Below, piece by piece: positions 12,022-26,339 of a stretch of DNA of 64,000 nucleotides. The notes beneath the pieces were generated by a model that searched no databases, was not told the DNA's origin, and was given only the letters and a program-made list of their open reading frames with translations. The position numbers and the translations under genes are program-made. Position 1 is the first letter of the stretch; every line of letters starts with the position of its first letter. The DNA is from Basidiobolus meristosporus CBS 931.73. Taxonomy: Eukaryota; Fungi; Basidiobolomycota. The stretch covers positions 62,001 to 126,000 of the forward strand of contig MCFE01000071.1 of NCBI GenBank assembly GCA_002104905.1, written 5' to 3'.

Positions 12022-13110
12022 TGTTGTGTTGTATTATGATTAGTTTGGGGCTTGTTCTACAATGTAGAGGCTAATCTACAATATACAACAACTTCCAGTA
12101 TGCTAATACTGAAATACTTTATTGGGAGTTTGATATACCAATAGAAGATATAACTTTCACTAATTTCCTCAATCTTGGGCTCAAAATATACTGTAGGCAG
12201 TGTTTATCACTTCTACAGCAGTGTTCTGACCTTCTGTCAACTAATGGGCTTATTTACTTTTCTAGTAACTTTTCCTTATTTGGAAGTCACTTTTCTTTCT
12301 GAGAAAATATTTCCTAATATGGAAATTCTGAACTCCCCTATAACCTAAAGGGGTGTGTTGTAGAAGTCTCTAAAGGGGTATTTAGACCTAAAGGGGTGTC
12401 TAAAGGGGTGTCTAAAGGGGTTTCTTAGAGGCGACTTTTCCGACAGAAAAGTGGTAGTTTCTTGTAGAACTTAGATTGGATTCTTGTGAGCTTTGCAGTC
12501 TCTTTACTGATGTAGTACCAATCAAAGTCAGAATACTCAACAGTGCAAGTGATGCAGGGGAAGTCTTATAACCTTTAAACTTGTAATTGTAGTGTGGAGA
12601 TTCTGGAAAGAGAGGCTCTCCCTTTATTTTTCAGCTGAGGAAGTCATATATATGAAAATTTTGAAGGATCAAAGTTTTTGGGCAATTGCGCAAGCAATAC
12701 ACGTGATACAAAGCCAAATTTTGCAGTGGCGCAGATCAGATATAGGCGCAGCACCTGTGAAAATTTCATGTGATTTGATTTGCTGGTTCAAAAGTTTCAC
12801 ACAATCAAACTCACCATAGTAATCCTAGCAATAAGGCATAGTATATATAATAGTTGGACTCTTTTGGTCATAACTCCTTAAGTACTGCTTCAAATGAGCT
12901 GTAATTTGAAACATGTGTTGGCTACTACGTGTTCTGTATGACATAATATTCCTGGGTGGATTGCTTGTCAGGGTCTGGAGCATTTGTTCTTCAAAGTTGG
13001 AAATTCTTGATCTTTCTCTTGTGTGTTACAATAGCAAAAAGCAAAATAAAGAAATGAGTGCAATATTGGTTTAGAGATATTGTAGTAATGGAATACTTTC
13101 CATTACCACA
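12022..13110 (-). repeat. 5' LTR of B1 (1089 bp)
   Basis: TG..CA termini; homologous to 52498-53740, 13873-14042/18984-19111 and 63754-64000. Confidence 0.95.
12345..12420 (+). repeat. TAAAGGGG-core tandem array inside LTR-B (5 cores)
   Basis: Read directly from the sequence. Confidence 0.9.
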
Positions 13111-13872
13111 GTTCCCATACATCCTTGTCTTTAGCCATCACTGCAAGGTCTAGCTCCTCATCTGCCGGTCTTTCAATAAGTCCCTGCAATATTCATGTGT
13201 GTTTTCTTCAGCACTGCTCTTGAAGAAGTGCTGCAACCTCTTGGTGTGCCTATTAATGTTAAAAAATTCCACCAAAGACATTGTGATAATGTTTTGAATT
13301 CTTTACATTGCTACTTTGTCTGTTAGTGGGATCTCAACTCTGTAAACAATGGAGGATGCAGAGGCTGTGGTAGACAAATTGCCTCTTGCTGTAAATTCAT
13401 CTACCTCACTCCATTGTGGCTCAACTGGCTGTGCTTCCAAATCTTGTGAAAACTGCTGTTTACTTGTTGGTAGCTTGTCTTAGCTATGATAGGACTCAAT
13501 CTGCTCCAGGCTTATGGTGTTAATTGGCAAGTACTGCAGCTTTTTCTCATTCTTCCCTGTCTCTGGCTTGGGGAGACTTTTTCCCCTTTACCTTTCCCTT
13601 TATCAAAGCCAGGTTTCTGACTGCTACTTTGTCTGAGTACTTCTTATATTGAACTGCATTTTCTCCTTGATAAGTACTGCTCTGATGCAGCTACTTGGCC
13701 TGCTTGTCCCTTGCTGACAATCTGCAGGCAACCTGATGCTTCTTTCCTGCTTGCTTTGAGCTCTCAGCCCATGCTGTGACTGGCTCCTGAGGTAGCCACA
13801 TGTTTATATCACTGCTAGGTCCTCCCACTGCTACATTAACTGAGTGCTTCTTGCGTACAACTACACTCTTTC
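13111..13872 (-). pseudogene. 3' part of decayed unknown ORF X (copy 1)
   Basis: The reverse complement aligns by eye with 38360-38950. Confidence 0.6.
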
Positions 13873-14042
13873 TGTTGTGTTGTATGATGATTAGTTTGGG
13901 GCTTGTTCTACAATGTAGAAGCTAATCAACAATATACACAACTTTCAGTATGCCAATACTGAAATAGTTTATTGAAGGTTTGATATACCAATAGAAGATA
14001 TAACTTTCACTAATATCCTCAATCTTAGGCTCAAAATATACT

Positions 14043-17000
14043 TGTTATGATCTGCTGCTTGAATGTTTAAGTTAGAACAGTTTTTAGTCAAATCAATTAG
14101 TATATATTTAGGTTATCAGTATATCAGTATTATCTATGAAATCAGTAGCATTAGTCAGCAAATGAATCAGCAGATCCTTATCAGACAGAAATAGATATAT
14201 TAAGCGGGATCTTATTGGGTGATGATGATGCAATCAAATGCGTCATCAGCCACAACCTACATTAGGAAATACAATTAGTCAGCAATTGATCTGGCAAAAT
14301 GTACAGAAGCAGCTGCTGGAACCTCAATAAAAATCAGTTCAAGTTTTAGTGAATACAAAACTAGCTAAACTTCCTATTCCTCTACAACTCTTATACCAAG
14401 ACTTGTAACATTGGTAGCAGCAATAACCAGAAACCTCCCTCCTGAAGAAAGAAGAAACCACCCTCAAGATGTCAGACAATCAAGAATGGAAGAATGCCAT
14501 GCAGCAAATCCTGGCCAAACAGCAACAGTTACTCCAGATCCTCAGCCAACAGCAACAAGGAATGACTACCATGGCTCAGAACCAGCAAAGCCCTGTTAAG
14601 GGCAACTTTAGTGTGAAGGTCAACTGGTACCATGGCAGAGTCAATGAAAACCTGGGGACTTGGCTCTTTCAGATTGAAGAAGCTTTTAAAGCTAAAGGAA
14701 TTGCTCCAGAGAGCAAGTTGCGTTATGCAGCTTCTTACCTGGCAGATGCAGCTTTACAGTGGTACCACAACAAGATCATGTCAGCCACTATGATGGGATG
14801 CTCTACAATCTCTACCTGGGATGAGTTTGTGCCGGAAATTCAGGATGCTTTTGAACCTCCACACCAGCAGACACTACTAAGAAGGAAGTTAAAGACACTC
14901 AGACAGATAGGAATGGTTCAAGAATACATCAATGAGTACAGATGTCTACTTGGACACATTGAAAGAATGGACCCCCTGGATCAAGTTGAATACTTTATTG
15001 ATGGGTTGAAAGAAAGAACTTGCAAGGAAGTGAATTATTGAAGACCTCAGACTATTGAAGAAGCCATCAAGATTGCCATTGACTATGACTCAGCTATGTT
15101 TGGAGTTGGGAAGCCTACAGTGACTAATCAGAAAGGTTACAATCATTATGAAAGAAGACAGTCAGAAGCAGTACCAATGGAAATAGATGCTATGCAGAAG
15201 AATCCTGCCTTGGAAGAATGTAAGAAGAAAGGACTTTGCTTCAATTGCCACCAGCAAGGACATATTGCAAAGTACTGCCCTCAGAGAAGAAATGGACACC
15301 AGCCATCAAGAACCTTCAACCGTATTGAGGCCATGGAGCATAGTAACATGTAGGATGAACTTGAAGAAGACTCAGAACTCACCTTCCACATGACAGAAGA
15401 ATACCTATCCCAGATGACCTCAAACTCAGGAAAGCTATTGTACTTGAATGTAGTAATCAATGGAGTACCTGCCAAGATCATGATTGACTCAGGAGCATCG
15501 CATGAGTACATGTCAGAGCAATTTGCTTTGAAAGCTGGAATCAACTTGGAACCTACCAAATCAACTTCAGTCTCCACAGCTGATGGAAACTCACACATAA
15601 TCAACCGTATTACCCAGCCAGTAAGAATGAAGATCAATGACTATGAAGAAGACCTACAGGCTTATATATTTGGGAACTGCAAGTTTGACCTTGTACTTGG
15701 ATAAACCTGGCTATTTTGTTGTAATCCATCAATCAACTGGAGAACCCATGCCACTCAGATCTAAAAAGGCAACAAGACCTATGAGCTATTACCTGCCAGG
15801 CTGGATTTCAACTTGGTCAATTCCAGTATGTGTGAGGCAAGTGAACTTAACAAGACCCAGTTCTGTAGAGCACTTAGAAAAGGTACCAAGATGTTCCTCA
15901 TGGTGGTATTACCGGAGGATTCCTCTACCCCAGCACCACAGCAGGTCCAGACTCTCTGGAAGAAATATTCAGACATGTTCCCAGATGAGCTTGTGAGCCT
16001 ACCACCAGTCAGAGACGTGGATCATGCCATTGACACAGGAAATAGCCCTCCAGTGAGCAAGACACCTTACAGAATGAGTCCATTGGAATTGGAGGAAATG
16101 AAGAGACAAATTGATCAGCTATTGGAGCAAGGATACATCAGGCCCAGCAAGTCACCCTGGGGAGCACCAGTGCTTTTTGTGAAAAAGAAGGATGGAACAC
16201 TTAGGATGTGCATTGACTACAGAGCCCTGAACTCAGTTACCATCAAGAATAAGTACCCCATACCTCGGATTGATGAGCTTTTGGACCAACTTAATGGAGC
16301 CACTATTTTCAGCAAGATTGACCTCATGTCAGGATACAACTAAATAAGGGTCAAACCAGAAGATATTCCTAAGACAGCATTTAGGACCAGATATGGACAT
16401 TACAAGTACTTAGTCATGAGTTTTGGCTTCACTAATGCCCCTGCAACATTCATGACCCTGATGCAGACTGTCTTTCAGGAGTACTTAGACAAGTTTGTGA
16501 TAATCTACCTGGATGACATATTGATATACAGCAAGACAGAAGAGGATCACATAGTGCTCATTGAAAAGGTCTTGAAGAAACTAAGAGAGAACAAGCTATA
16601 TGGCAAGCTAGCCAAGTGTGAATTCTTCAAGCAGCATGTTGAATACCTGGGACACATAGTGACTAGCACAGGAGTAACCTTAGACCCAAAGAAGGTGGAA
16701 GTAATCAAGAATCTGAAACAGCCCCATAGCATATCAGAGCTCAGATCATTCCTTGGAATGGTTTCCTATTATCAGAGATTTGTCAAGTTGTTTGCAAGTA
16801 TTGTGGCCCCTTTAACTGATATCCTCAAGAAAGACAATACCTACAAGTGGGACATAGCTTGTGAGACTGCCTTCCAGACGCTCAAGAATGAATTTGCTAA
16901 GCTGCCAAGCTTAAGAATACCAGACTTCAGAAAAGAGTTCACTCTGTGCACAGATGCTTCAGATTATGGAATTGGGGGAGTGCTGAGCCAAGAACACAAG

Positions 17001-18979
17001 GGAAAGGACTACCCTGTTGCCTTTGAATCCAAGAAACTGAACTCAGCAGAACAAAACTATCCGGTCCATGAGAAGGAGATGCTTGCTATAATACACTTTT
17101 TGAAGACATGGAGATGCTATATTGAAGGAGTCAAATGCACTGTGAAGACTGATCATGCCTCCCTCAAGTATATATTTACTCAGAAGGTACTCTCTAGAAG
17201 AATGATAAGATGGAGTGAATACATTCAACAATTTGACCTGGAGATTGTCTACTGCCCGGGAATAAACAACACGGTTGTTGTTGCCTTATCAAGATTAGAT
17301 CAAGTTGCACAACTCAACTTGGTGATTGAATCAGATTGGCCCAGCCTATTACCAAAGTACTTGGAGGACCAAGCCATTCCTAATGAGGTGGATGAAGATA
17401 TCAAGAAGATAATCCGTGATGAAGTCAGCAAATTTGTTGTACAGGATGAAACACTCTACCAAATTGTTGATGGAAGCCCTATTGCATATTGTCCTTATGT
17501 TGCTTGCCTGGATTTAATACATAAGCTACACAATGGATATGGACATCTTGGAATTGAAGGAACCTATAGTCTTGTGAAAGCCAGAGCATGGTGGCCCAGA
17601 ATGAAACAAGACATTGAGAAGCTAGTAAAAACATGCCCAAACTTCCAAATCAATCAAGGCCAGCCACAAAGAATTGCCAAACTCTTCCCTTTGGAGCCTG
17701 TAAGTCCATTTGAGAGATGGGGAATTGACTTTATTGGAAGACTGCCAACCACCAGGAAATGCAACTGTTGGATCCTGGTAGCAATTGACCATGCCACTAT
17801 ATGGCCAGTTGCTAAAGCTGTACCAATAGCCAGTGAACAAGAAGTTGCAAGTTTCATATACCATGAGATCCTGATGAAGTTTGGATGCCCTGTGGAGATC
17901 TTATCTGATAGAGGAGCAAACTTTATGGCAAAGACATTAGAGGCTTACCAGGAAATGCAGCAGATCAGACACTTGAAAACCTTGGCTTATTACCCCAGAA
18001 CTAATGGAGTCACTGAGCGGTTTAATGGATTATTTGGAAAAATGCTCACCAAGTATGCAAATGGAGTTGTCAGTAGATGGGATGAGTATATAGATCAAGC
18101 ACTTTTTGCCTGCAGAGTTAGAGTGCACAACACTACCCAACAGTCATCATTTTACATAGTGGATGGATGTGAACCAAGGATTCCAGGAGATCTCACACAA
18201 CCAAAGCTTACAGACACCTTAGAAGATGAACTCAGTCAGCCAAGTAGACACCAGCAACTGGAACAAAGATGTCAAGAGGCACAGACCAAAGTATCTCAAA
18301 GTGCAGAAAAGATGAAGCAGAGATTTGATAAGACTATAGCACCAGAAGCATTGACAGTTGGGAACTCTGTATTGCTAAGAAACAACACTCGGAAGAAGCT
18401 TGAGCCACAATGGACAGGACCATTCAAGATCATCAGAGAATGTCCATTTGCAACTTACCAACTGGTGGACAAACAAGGCAATATCCGGGAAGACTTAGTG
18501 TATAGAGACAGACTCAAGCTTGCAAGACTTGCTGATAATACTGAACCATCAAGATATTGGTATCACAAGAAAAGAGATTCAGGAGAACCTCTCAACTTTA
18601 GTAGGGGAGAATGTTATGATCTGCCGCTTGAATGTTTAAGTTAGATCAGTTTTTAGTCAAATCAAATAGTATATATTTAGGTTATCAGTATATCAGTATT
18701 ATCTATGAAATCAGTAGCATTAGTCAGCAAATGAATCAGCAGATCCTTATTAGACAGAAATAGATATATTAAGCAGGAACTTATTGGGTGATGATGATGC
18801 AATCAAATGAGTCATCAGCCACAACCTACATTAGGAAATACAATTAGTCAGCAATTGATCTGGCAAAATGTATATAAGGAGCTGCTGGAACCTCAATAAA
18901 AATCAGTTCAAGTTTTAGTGAACACAATACTAGCTAAACTCCCTATTCCTCTACAACTCTTATACCAAGACTTGTAACA
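14043..18979 (+). mobile_element. Ty3/Gypsy element C1, full length, multiple nonsense mutations
   Basis: 368-bp LTRs at 14043-14410 and 18612-18979 (13 differences by eye), PBS TGGTAGCAGC at 14412, PPT AGTAGGGGAGAA and TSD TACT (14039-14042 / 18980-18983). Confidence 0.97.
14469..18600 (+). pseudogene. gag-pol: C1 gag-pol fragmented by stops
   Basis: ORF pieces are collinear with the C3 1314-aa protein ([39 protein letters not shown]). Confidence 0.95.
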
Positions 18980-19111
18980 TACTATAGGCAGTGTTTCTCA
19001 CTTCTACAGCAGTGTTCTGGCATTCTGTCAGCTAATGGGCTTGTTTAATTTTATTGTAACTTTTTCTTATTTGGAGGTCACTTTCCTTTCTAAAAATATT
19101 TCCTAATATGG

Positions 19112-19960
19112 ACATTTGTTTGGCCCTGCTTGTACAGGCTCTGGAGGAAGCTGCTTGTTTTTAGCCATTGCACCCTTGTTCTTCTGCCTTTGATAGTGTC
19201 CGCTATACTTGAGATACTTTTGTAGCATACTAATGCTGGCACAGAATCTGTTTGCTTGATTGATTCCAGATAATGCTCATAGAGCAAGTCAAGCATTTCT
19301 GCTTGGCCATGTGTGCCTGATGGTTGCATGGTATGCCAGCCTTAAGGTGTTGGCATACTAGACTTCTAACTGCCTCTTGAAAACTAGCCCACTTTTTATC
19401 ATTGCACTCAATAACTTCACAGATATTCAATGTCTTGTAATTTTTAGGCTTTGGTACAAACACTACATTTTATCACTCCTATGCTGTGATAGGTTTTTTC
19501 TGTGGACTTTATCACTGGGTGCTGCTGTTGTGCTTCACAGACTGTATTGTGTTCCTTGGCTGCTACATTGGGAAACTGGGCCTTTGTTAGCTGTGACATT
19601 GCGCTACTTGAGTTACTTCTTTGCAGCAAAGGTACTGCTTTCTCCACTTAGGATATTGATTGCCCTATACCTCTTATCTGCTCATCCTGTGTCTGTACTA
19701 TTTCCTGATTCCCCTAGACCATTGCATCTATCCCATCAGCCACTGCATCTAATTGCCTCATTAATGCTTGGATATGAGCTGACAACATACTTGCTGATAC
19801 AGGTGGTGGTGATGATGTAATGACAGCCACTTGCTGGTCATCAACTAGAGGTACTGCTTTTGCTACATTCTCATCTGCCTCAGCATTATGGTCAGCTAGC
19901 AGCTCTACAGAGATTCCCAATTGCCTACTTGTCCAAGAGCCTGAGAAGTCTGCATTATTC
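19112..19960 (-). pseudogene. 5' part of decayed unknown ORF X (copy 1)
   Basis: ORF pieces 19714-20055, 19444-19647 and 19230-19463 are homologous to 27900-28199/37423-38270 and 60278-60560. Confidence 0.65.
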
Positions 19961-20699
19961 CCTTCAGTAGGCACACTAGACTTGCTCCATTGTGACATGT
20001 TACAAGCCACCGGAGCTAGATTCAGAGTGCTGTGAGTATTGAGTATCAGATGCATATCTTGAGTTCTTCTGTCCTCTTACACATTATGCACACCATTGAT
20101 CTCAAAAAAAGGGCAAAAATGGATTTTCTCCAGCACAATAGGTGAAATACAGGGGCTCCTTTGCACAAAGATGACAATCTATATTTCACATCTTGTGGTT
20201 AAGCATAAGTGCACTTGGCATCCCTGGCACACTGTGGCATCATTTGCACTTATAGCACTATGTGGCATTATCCAACAGAACAGGTCTATTGTTCACAGGG
20301 CCTTTTTTAGTTGCAGCTCCACTTATTGCATTGAATTTCAAAGCAGGCTGTTGTCCAACCATTCTTCTGCTGCTGTTAGTGGTGGGGTTTAGTTGGAAAC
20401 CTGACAACTTTGCTTTATTTTTTGGCAGCATATATATGGAAGTGAGTCAAACCAAGGGGAAATAGTGTTATATATATGTGTATATGTGGTGCCACAGCTT
20501 TATTTATCATGGTTACCATGGCAAGCTATCATTGAATCTCACACTAGTGTAGGTGTAATGTCTCAAATGCCTACAGTATCTTGGTGGCAACTTGATACTT
20601 CTATAATGGCATCTGGCAGTACTTGTCACCTTGTGCAAACCAAGTCAGGAGAGTTTGTGGCACCTCAGGCTCACCCTAGTCTTCAGAATATGAAGTGCA

Positions 20700-22975
20700 G
20701 AGTGATATCTATGACAAAGCATGCTCACTGATGGATCATGAGCCTATCTTGTTTAACAACAGTATCCTGCATGAACCTGGCAAAATCCCATTATGCAATG
20801 AGACATCACCTGCGGGAAAAAATGCCAAGGATACTTTAAGCAGTCCAGTGAGCCCAGTAGTCCATCTACTGGTGAATGGTGTGCTGTTGTGGCTAGATAA
20901 GTGGTGCATGTCCACCAGTATCAGTAACAGGGCTTCAAGGATTTACAACCACTTCTTGCCAAATTCCTCCTGGGATACAACCTATCATGCACATGGTATA
21001 AATGACAAACTGTCATGCCGCTGGCAATGTATGACCCAGAGACTATCCTGATACCATCATGTTTTAACAATTACATGGTGTTCCCATCAGAAGATGCCAC
21101 CATTGCAAGGTGTCTAACTTGTCAGGAATCCACCACCATTGGGGGGAAATATTGCTCACACCCCGGATATATTCCAGTAATGCCTGTATAAAGTAACCCA
21201 TGCAGTCCAACAAGTATTGTGAATCTATAAAGTACTGCTCACAGTATCAATCAAGCTCAAACATATCAGATATATATGAAGGCAAACATTGCAAACAGGT
21301 AAGAAGTAAGGGCTACTTCAAAGAAATTGATGACCATGCCTTTGCCTTGGCACTTGACAGATTCTCATTAAACCAGTACTCTACCAACAAATCCTTCCAT
21401 CCACTGTTTCTCATCAATGTGAATCTGCAGCCTATCTTGCAGTATCAGAGCAGAAATCTAATTGTAGTCTCACTGGTGTTTGGGCCTAAATTACCATCTA
21501 TCTTGGAGAGCTTCCTGTATCCATTGCTGAATGAATTTTGTATACTTTCCAGCAGGATAGCAGTAAATGGCCATCATGTAAAAGTGCACATTCTTATCTG
21601 CATTGGGGATACCCCAGCCATCAGCAAGATAACCTGCTTTTCCAGGCACAATTGATGTTATTGCTGATGAATGTTTGAGATCCATGGGACTTAATCCATA
21701 ACTCACGCACATTATTATTACCCACACTACACCGCTAAGAAACATCTTCTTTGCACAAAGAGAACCTACAGAAGTCAGCATGCAATTGCAGCAAAGCTGG
21801 CAGGCTATAAGCCATTGGTTGGAATATGGAATTAATTAGATACCAAAGATGCTTAAGACAGAGGGTATCTGTGGGAGCAAAAGCTTTCCACTGGGAGCCA
21901 TGCATTTGCTTTTCAACAATATCCCTAAACTGATGACCAAGTTATAAATAGGGCATTTCAAGCTAGATGAGCCCATAGAGATATTGGAGAAAATTGAAAG
22001 AATTGGCAAGATATTGCAGAGTATCCACTACCCTGAGTGCTTCTCACATGCTCCAATCATTACTCATATACATATGCAACAATACAAGTGCAAGGACTGG
22101 ATGAACTGGATATGTATTTATTCAAGTGGCCTTCTGAAGCCATTTCTACCAAGAGTACATTGGAAGCATTGGGAGTCATATGTGGACATTGTAGGAATAT
22201 TTATCCAGACACAGATCACCAATGCCAACTTGATGCATCTACAGCCTTTGTGCAAAGGGTTTGTGATGGGATCTGAGCAACTATACTACAAACATAAAGC
22301 TGAATGCGTAGAACTCTGCTAGTAATATATATATTTGCTACTCCATCTTGCTTGATGTGTTGAGAGTATTGGGCCTTGCTTTACCTTTTGGGAGTTTCCT
22401 ATGAGGTGGATGTGAGGGGAGATAGGGAGATGAGTCAAACTGCAGGTACCAACATATCCCAATCTCATCACATATTTTAGCTTCAAGTCCATCATGGATC
22501 TGATGATTTGGCACATGGAGGACAGACAGGGAGAGCTGGTAAATACTGAGGACAGATGTGCACATGGGACACCTATGCCTATGGCATTAAGAAGCTTAGC
22601 AGCCGCAATGCAAGGATAATAAGTTAAGTAATGCAAAATTTGGTTTGGTGCAACAAGCAACTAATTTTGATTAGGAAAAGTTTACTAAGGTATGCTGGAC
22701 TTCTGTTGGTCACAAGCCAACTCCTACACCATTCTAATTGGAATTCTCACCAGCAAGAGCTTAAACACACCTAAAGGGGGGAATAGAATCCAGCAGGAAG
22801 AAGACATATATTGGCCAAGTACCAAAAAGTTTTTTCCGGATATTCAGGAGGTATTCATGGCAGAAGTGGTGGCAACCAAGCATATGTTTGCAAGATGTAT
22901 TTGTTACCAGCTATACAAGGTATATGACAGCTGTGCAACTATCACACTAAAAAGCCGTAAGTTAATGTGCTAGAT
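20700..22975 (+). pseudogene. Decayed CACTA/EnSpm-type (tnp2-family) transposase, copy 1
   Basis: HAFALALDRF..SFHPLFLINVNLQP..GPKLPSILESFLYPLLNEF..IGDTPA and YKCKDWMNW..LLKPFLP..HW..FV..EQLYY are motifs of tnp2/DUF4218-type transposases. Confidence 0.85.
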
Positions 22976-23989
22976 GTATGCTATTTGTGGCAGGTGTACA
23001 CAGTGGTTGAGATTAGCAAATAGGAGGCCATAGTATTTATTGATTCATACCTTAAGTAGAATACCCAAGTAAGTAGTGGGTAAGCAAATAAAGAGGGGTG
23101 ATTCTACAGTGGAATATACAAATTGCACAATAGGAGGTAGAAAAATCAAATACTACTTGGTAAACAGGTATAGTGGCATTATACAGAACTAGCTGTAGGC
23201 TGCCATACTCTGTGATAATGCCATCAGAGGCCTGAAGACCAAATTATTTTCATAGGGTCTGCTAATTAGATTTATCATTTCTTCTCCTGGCAGCCTCTTT
23301 GTAGTAATGGGTCATTGTCAAAGGTACATTCTCTTGGCAGCTGAACGTCACCCGTAGGTGTCTGCTAATCCATTCCAGGCATTCTTTACTGTTTTTGCTC
23401 TTCAGCATTGAGCTAGCAATTTGACTTTGACATTGAAACATATGCATTTAACAACACTTTGCTCTTTCTTCTGGTACCTTACGAATTGCTTTCCCACATT
23501 TTTAGGAGTGCATACTTCACACATGACAATATCTTAAAGACCTCTTTCTTTTAGCTGCATCATCATCTGCATCTTCCCCACTTGGCAGTTAGAACCATCT
23601 AGCTTTTCAGCAGTGGGAAAAGTTCTGGTAATAGCAGCAGTAGACATTGCTGAGAGTGACAGTTTGGGGCTCATAACCTTTTGCTGTGGAAGCAATGACC
23701 CTCTACACAATCTTATGATGGGTTTGCAATCACATTCCACTGATTTTACTTCTAAATAAAGTTAAAAACTTGGCAGTGTTTGCACATTCTTTTGACAATA
23801 GTTCCATGTCATTATTAGGATCTTCATGCTCTCCACATTATTTGAGTAGATCTTGCCAGCTAATGGATCCAATTGCCATTCATAGCAAGAAACTTAGTGT
23901 TCTGACTGCCTCATTGCAAACTACTGATGGCATTGAAGTCACGTATAGTTCAAATCAAAAAAACTTTGACCTCCTGTTTATTAACCTCC

Positions 23990-26060
23990 TCATAGATTAA
24001 CACATACTGCAATTGACAAACTTCTATCACCTCAACTTTACAGCTTTTTAGTGTGATTCTTGCAAAATGCCATTTACCTTGTATTACTGGTAGCATATGC
24101 ATCTTGCAAGCATATGCTTAGTTGTTGCCTCTTTTGCTATGAACATCTACTGAATATCCTGAAAGAACTACTTAGTAATTAGCCAATATCTCACTTCTCT
24201 CTGCTGGATTCTAGTCCCTGTTATAAGTTCACTCCAGATCTTGTTTGTGAGAACTCTGTGTGGCATAGAAACTGGCCTGAAACCAAGCAAAGCCTGGCAT
24301 ATTTTGGTAAAGTTGTCCTAATAAAATTTAGTTACTTGTTGTGTCCACCCCAACCTGGCATTACTTGAAACACCCTTTATCTTAAGTATTTCCAGCTTCC
24401 AAATAATGCCATATTCTGGCTGATTGCTTATTGTTTGTCAGCTTTGCTACAATTACATGCTGACTTAAGTAAGTTCCCTCTGTGAGAAGAGGATATTCCT
24501 AGTGTTGGTGTTCAGATAATAATTATGTATATGAATTATGGGGTATGTCCCCTGGATCTAAGACATTTAATGGCAATGCCATCCATAGTGCCCAGAAAAC
24601 CTGGCTATTTTTCTGATGGCTGGGGTATTACCAATGCAGAAATGCTATGTCTGTTGATATAACAGCTATTTATTAGCATTCTGCTGGAAAGCATACTAAA
24701 TGCCTTCAGCAATAGATATAGGTAGCTATCCAGGTTGGTCAGTAATTTGGGCACAGATACCAGCAAGACTACCATCAGAGTTCTGCTCTGCTATTGTAAT
24801 ATTGGTGGCAGATTCAGGTTGATGAGAATCAGTGGCCAGCAGGACTTTCTTGTAGAGTACTTGCTTAATGTGTATCAATCAAGTGACATGGCAAAGGCAG
24901 GGCCATACATACCATCAAAGTAATCCTTACTTCTTAGCTGTTTTCAATGTTTGGCATGAACTATATTAGAGATGTTTGCACTTGATTGATACTGAGTGTG
25001 GTACCCAGGAGCTTCACACTATTTGCTGGACCGCATGAGCTTTTTTTGATAAAGTATTGATGGATTATATCTAGAGTGTGTACAATATTTTCCTCCAAAA
25101 TGGTAGATTCCTGACATGTTAGACACCTTGCAGTGGTGGCATTTTCCGATGTGAATGCCATGCAACTGTTCACACATGCCATATTACAATGGTCCCTAGG
25201 TTATTTGTTGTCAACTGCATGCCAATTGTCCACTTGTACCATGCATGTTGTAAGTGGCATCCTAGAATGATTTTGGCAAGAAATAGTAGTAAATCCTCAA
25301 AGCCACATTATTGATATTAGTGAAAACATGCCACTTCTGCAGCCACATAATTACAACACTCCCCATTGGATGGATTACTGGGCTCATTTGGCTCCATAAG
25401 TTAGCATTGCCATCTTTGTTCAGCAGGTGATGTCACATTGCATATTAGGATCTTTCTGGGCTAATTCAGGGTACTGTTGTTAGGGGAGAAAAGCTCATAA
25501 TACATCATTGGGCCTGCTTCTTCAGAGCTAGCACTTTGCAAGCCATATTCATATTGCTACGGTGTGCCTATAGGTACCACAAACTCACCTAACACAGCTT
25601 GTGCAAGGAGACAAGTAAAGCTATGTGCCATTATAGAAGTATCAAGTGACTAGCAAGACACTGTTGGTACATTGGTGACTTATGAGTGGTTAATTCTGAG
25701 TGGTGTGTCAAAACACTGGTTGTGATCCTTGTAATACTTACTATGCTGTCTGCATTCCTCATGGCTGAGAGGCTTGCTACAGTTAGTAAGTCTATGTGAG
25801 TCTTGTATTTGAGACATTGCACTTATATGAATATAAGATTCAATGCTGACCTACAATAGACAGAACTGTAAATAAAGTTGTGGCACTACATTCACATTTA
25901 TATGAATACTATTTCCACTTTTGCTTGACTCACTATCATATGTATGCCTGGACAATTGCGTGCTTTGACATTCAGTGCAAGCTGGGCTATATTCACAAAA
26001 GGCTATGTTGACAGTGTGCCCACTCAAGGTAATACCAAGAACTGTGCAGGTTCACTGTCA
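23990..26060 (-). pseudogene. Decayed CACTA-type transposase region, copy 2 (internally deleted)
   Basis: The reverse complement aligns with 20250-22960 (e.g. 24030-24140 vs 22820-22960; 25860-25960 vs 20420-20500). Confidence 0.8.
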
Positions 26061-26339
26061 AGTAAGCAATTGAGAATATCTGTGAGCTGAACATAATATA
26101 CTATATAAATTCAGTGTGCATTTGTTTGCATGCAGCTTCCTTCTCAACTCCCCTTACTCTCCACTTATTGTTGATTTCAATACTTGTCTTACTATGTATC
26201 TTCTTATATATATCTACAAAAATCTTGATGTAGAACTCATGCCACCTCTTTACACTTTAATATTTTTTTCTCAGTCCACTTGCTGAGGTATCTAGTTCTG
26301 CTAGATTAATGAGTGGTACCCAAAAAACTGTATGAAGGC

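Larger units (their letters stand above)
1..13110 (-). mobile_element. Ty3/Gypsy element B1 (3' end lies left of the window), interrupted by A1
   Basis: 5' LTR at 12022-13110, PBS, then gag, PR, RT, RH and IN on the minus strand. Confidence 0.93.
13873..19111 (-). repeat. Truncated family-B LTR (13873-14042 + 18984-19111) split by C1
   Basis: Matches LTR-B on both sides of C1. Similarity stops near 19111, where a deletion also removed ~100 bp of the host ORF X. Confidence 0.9.
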
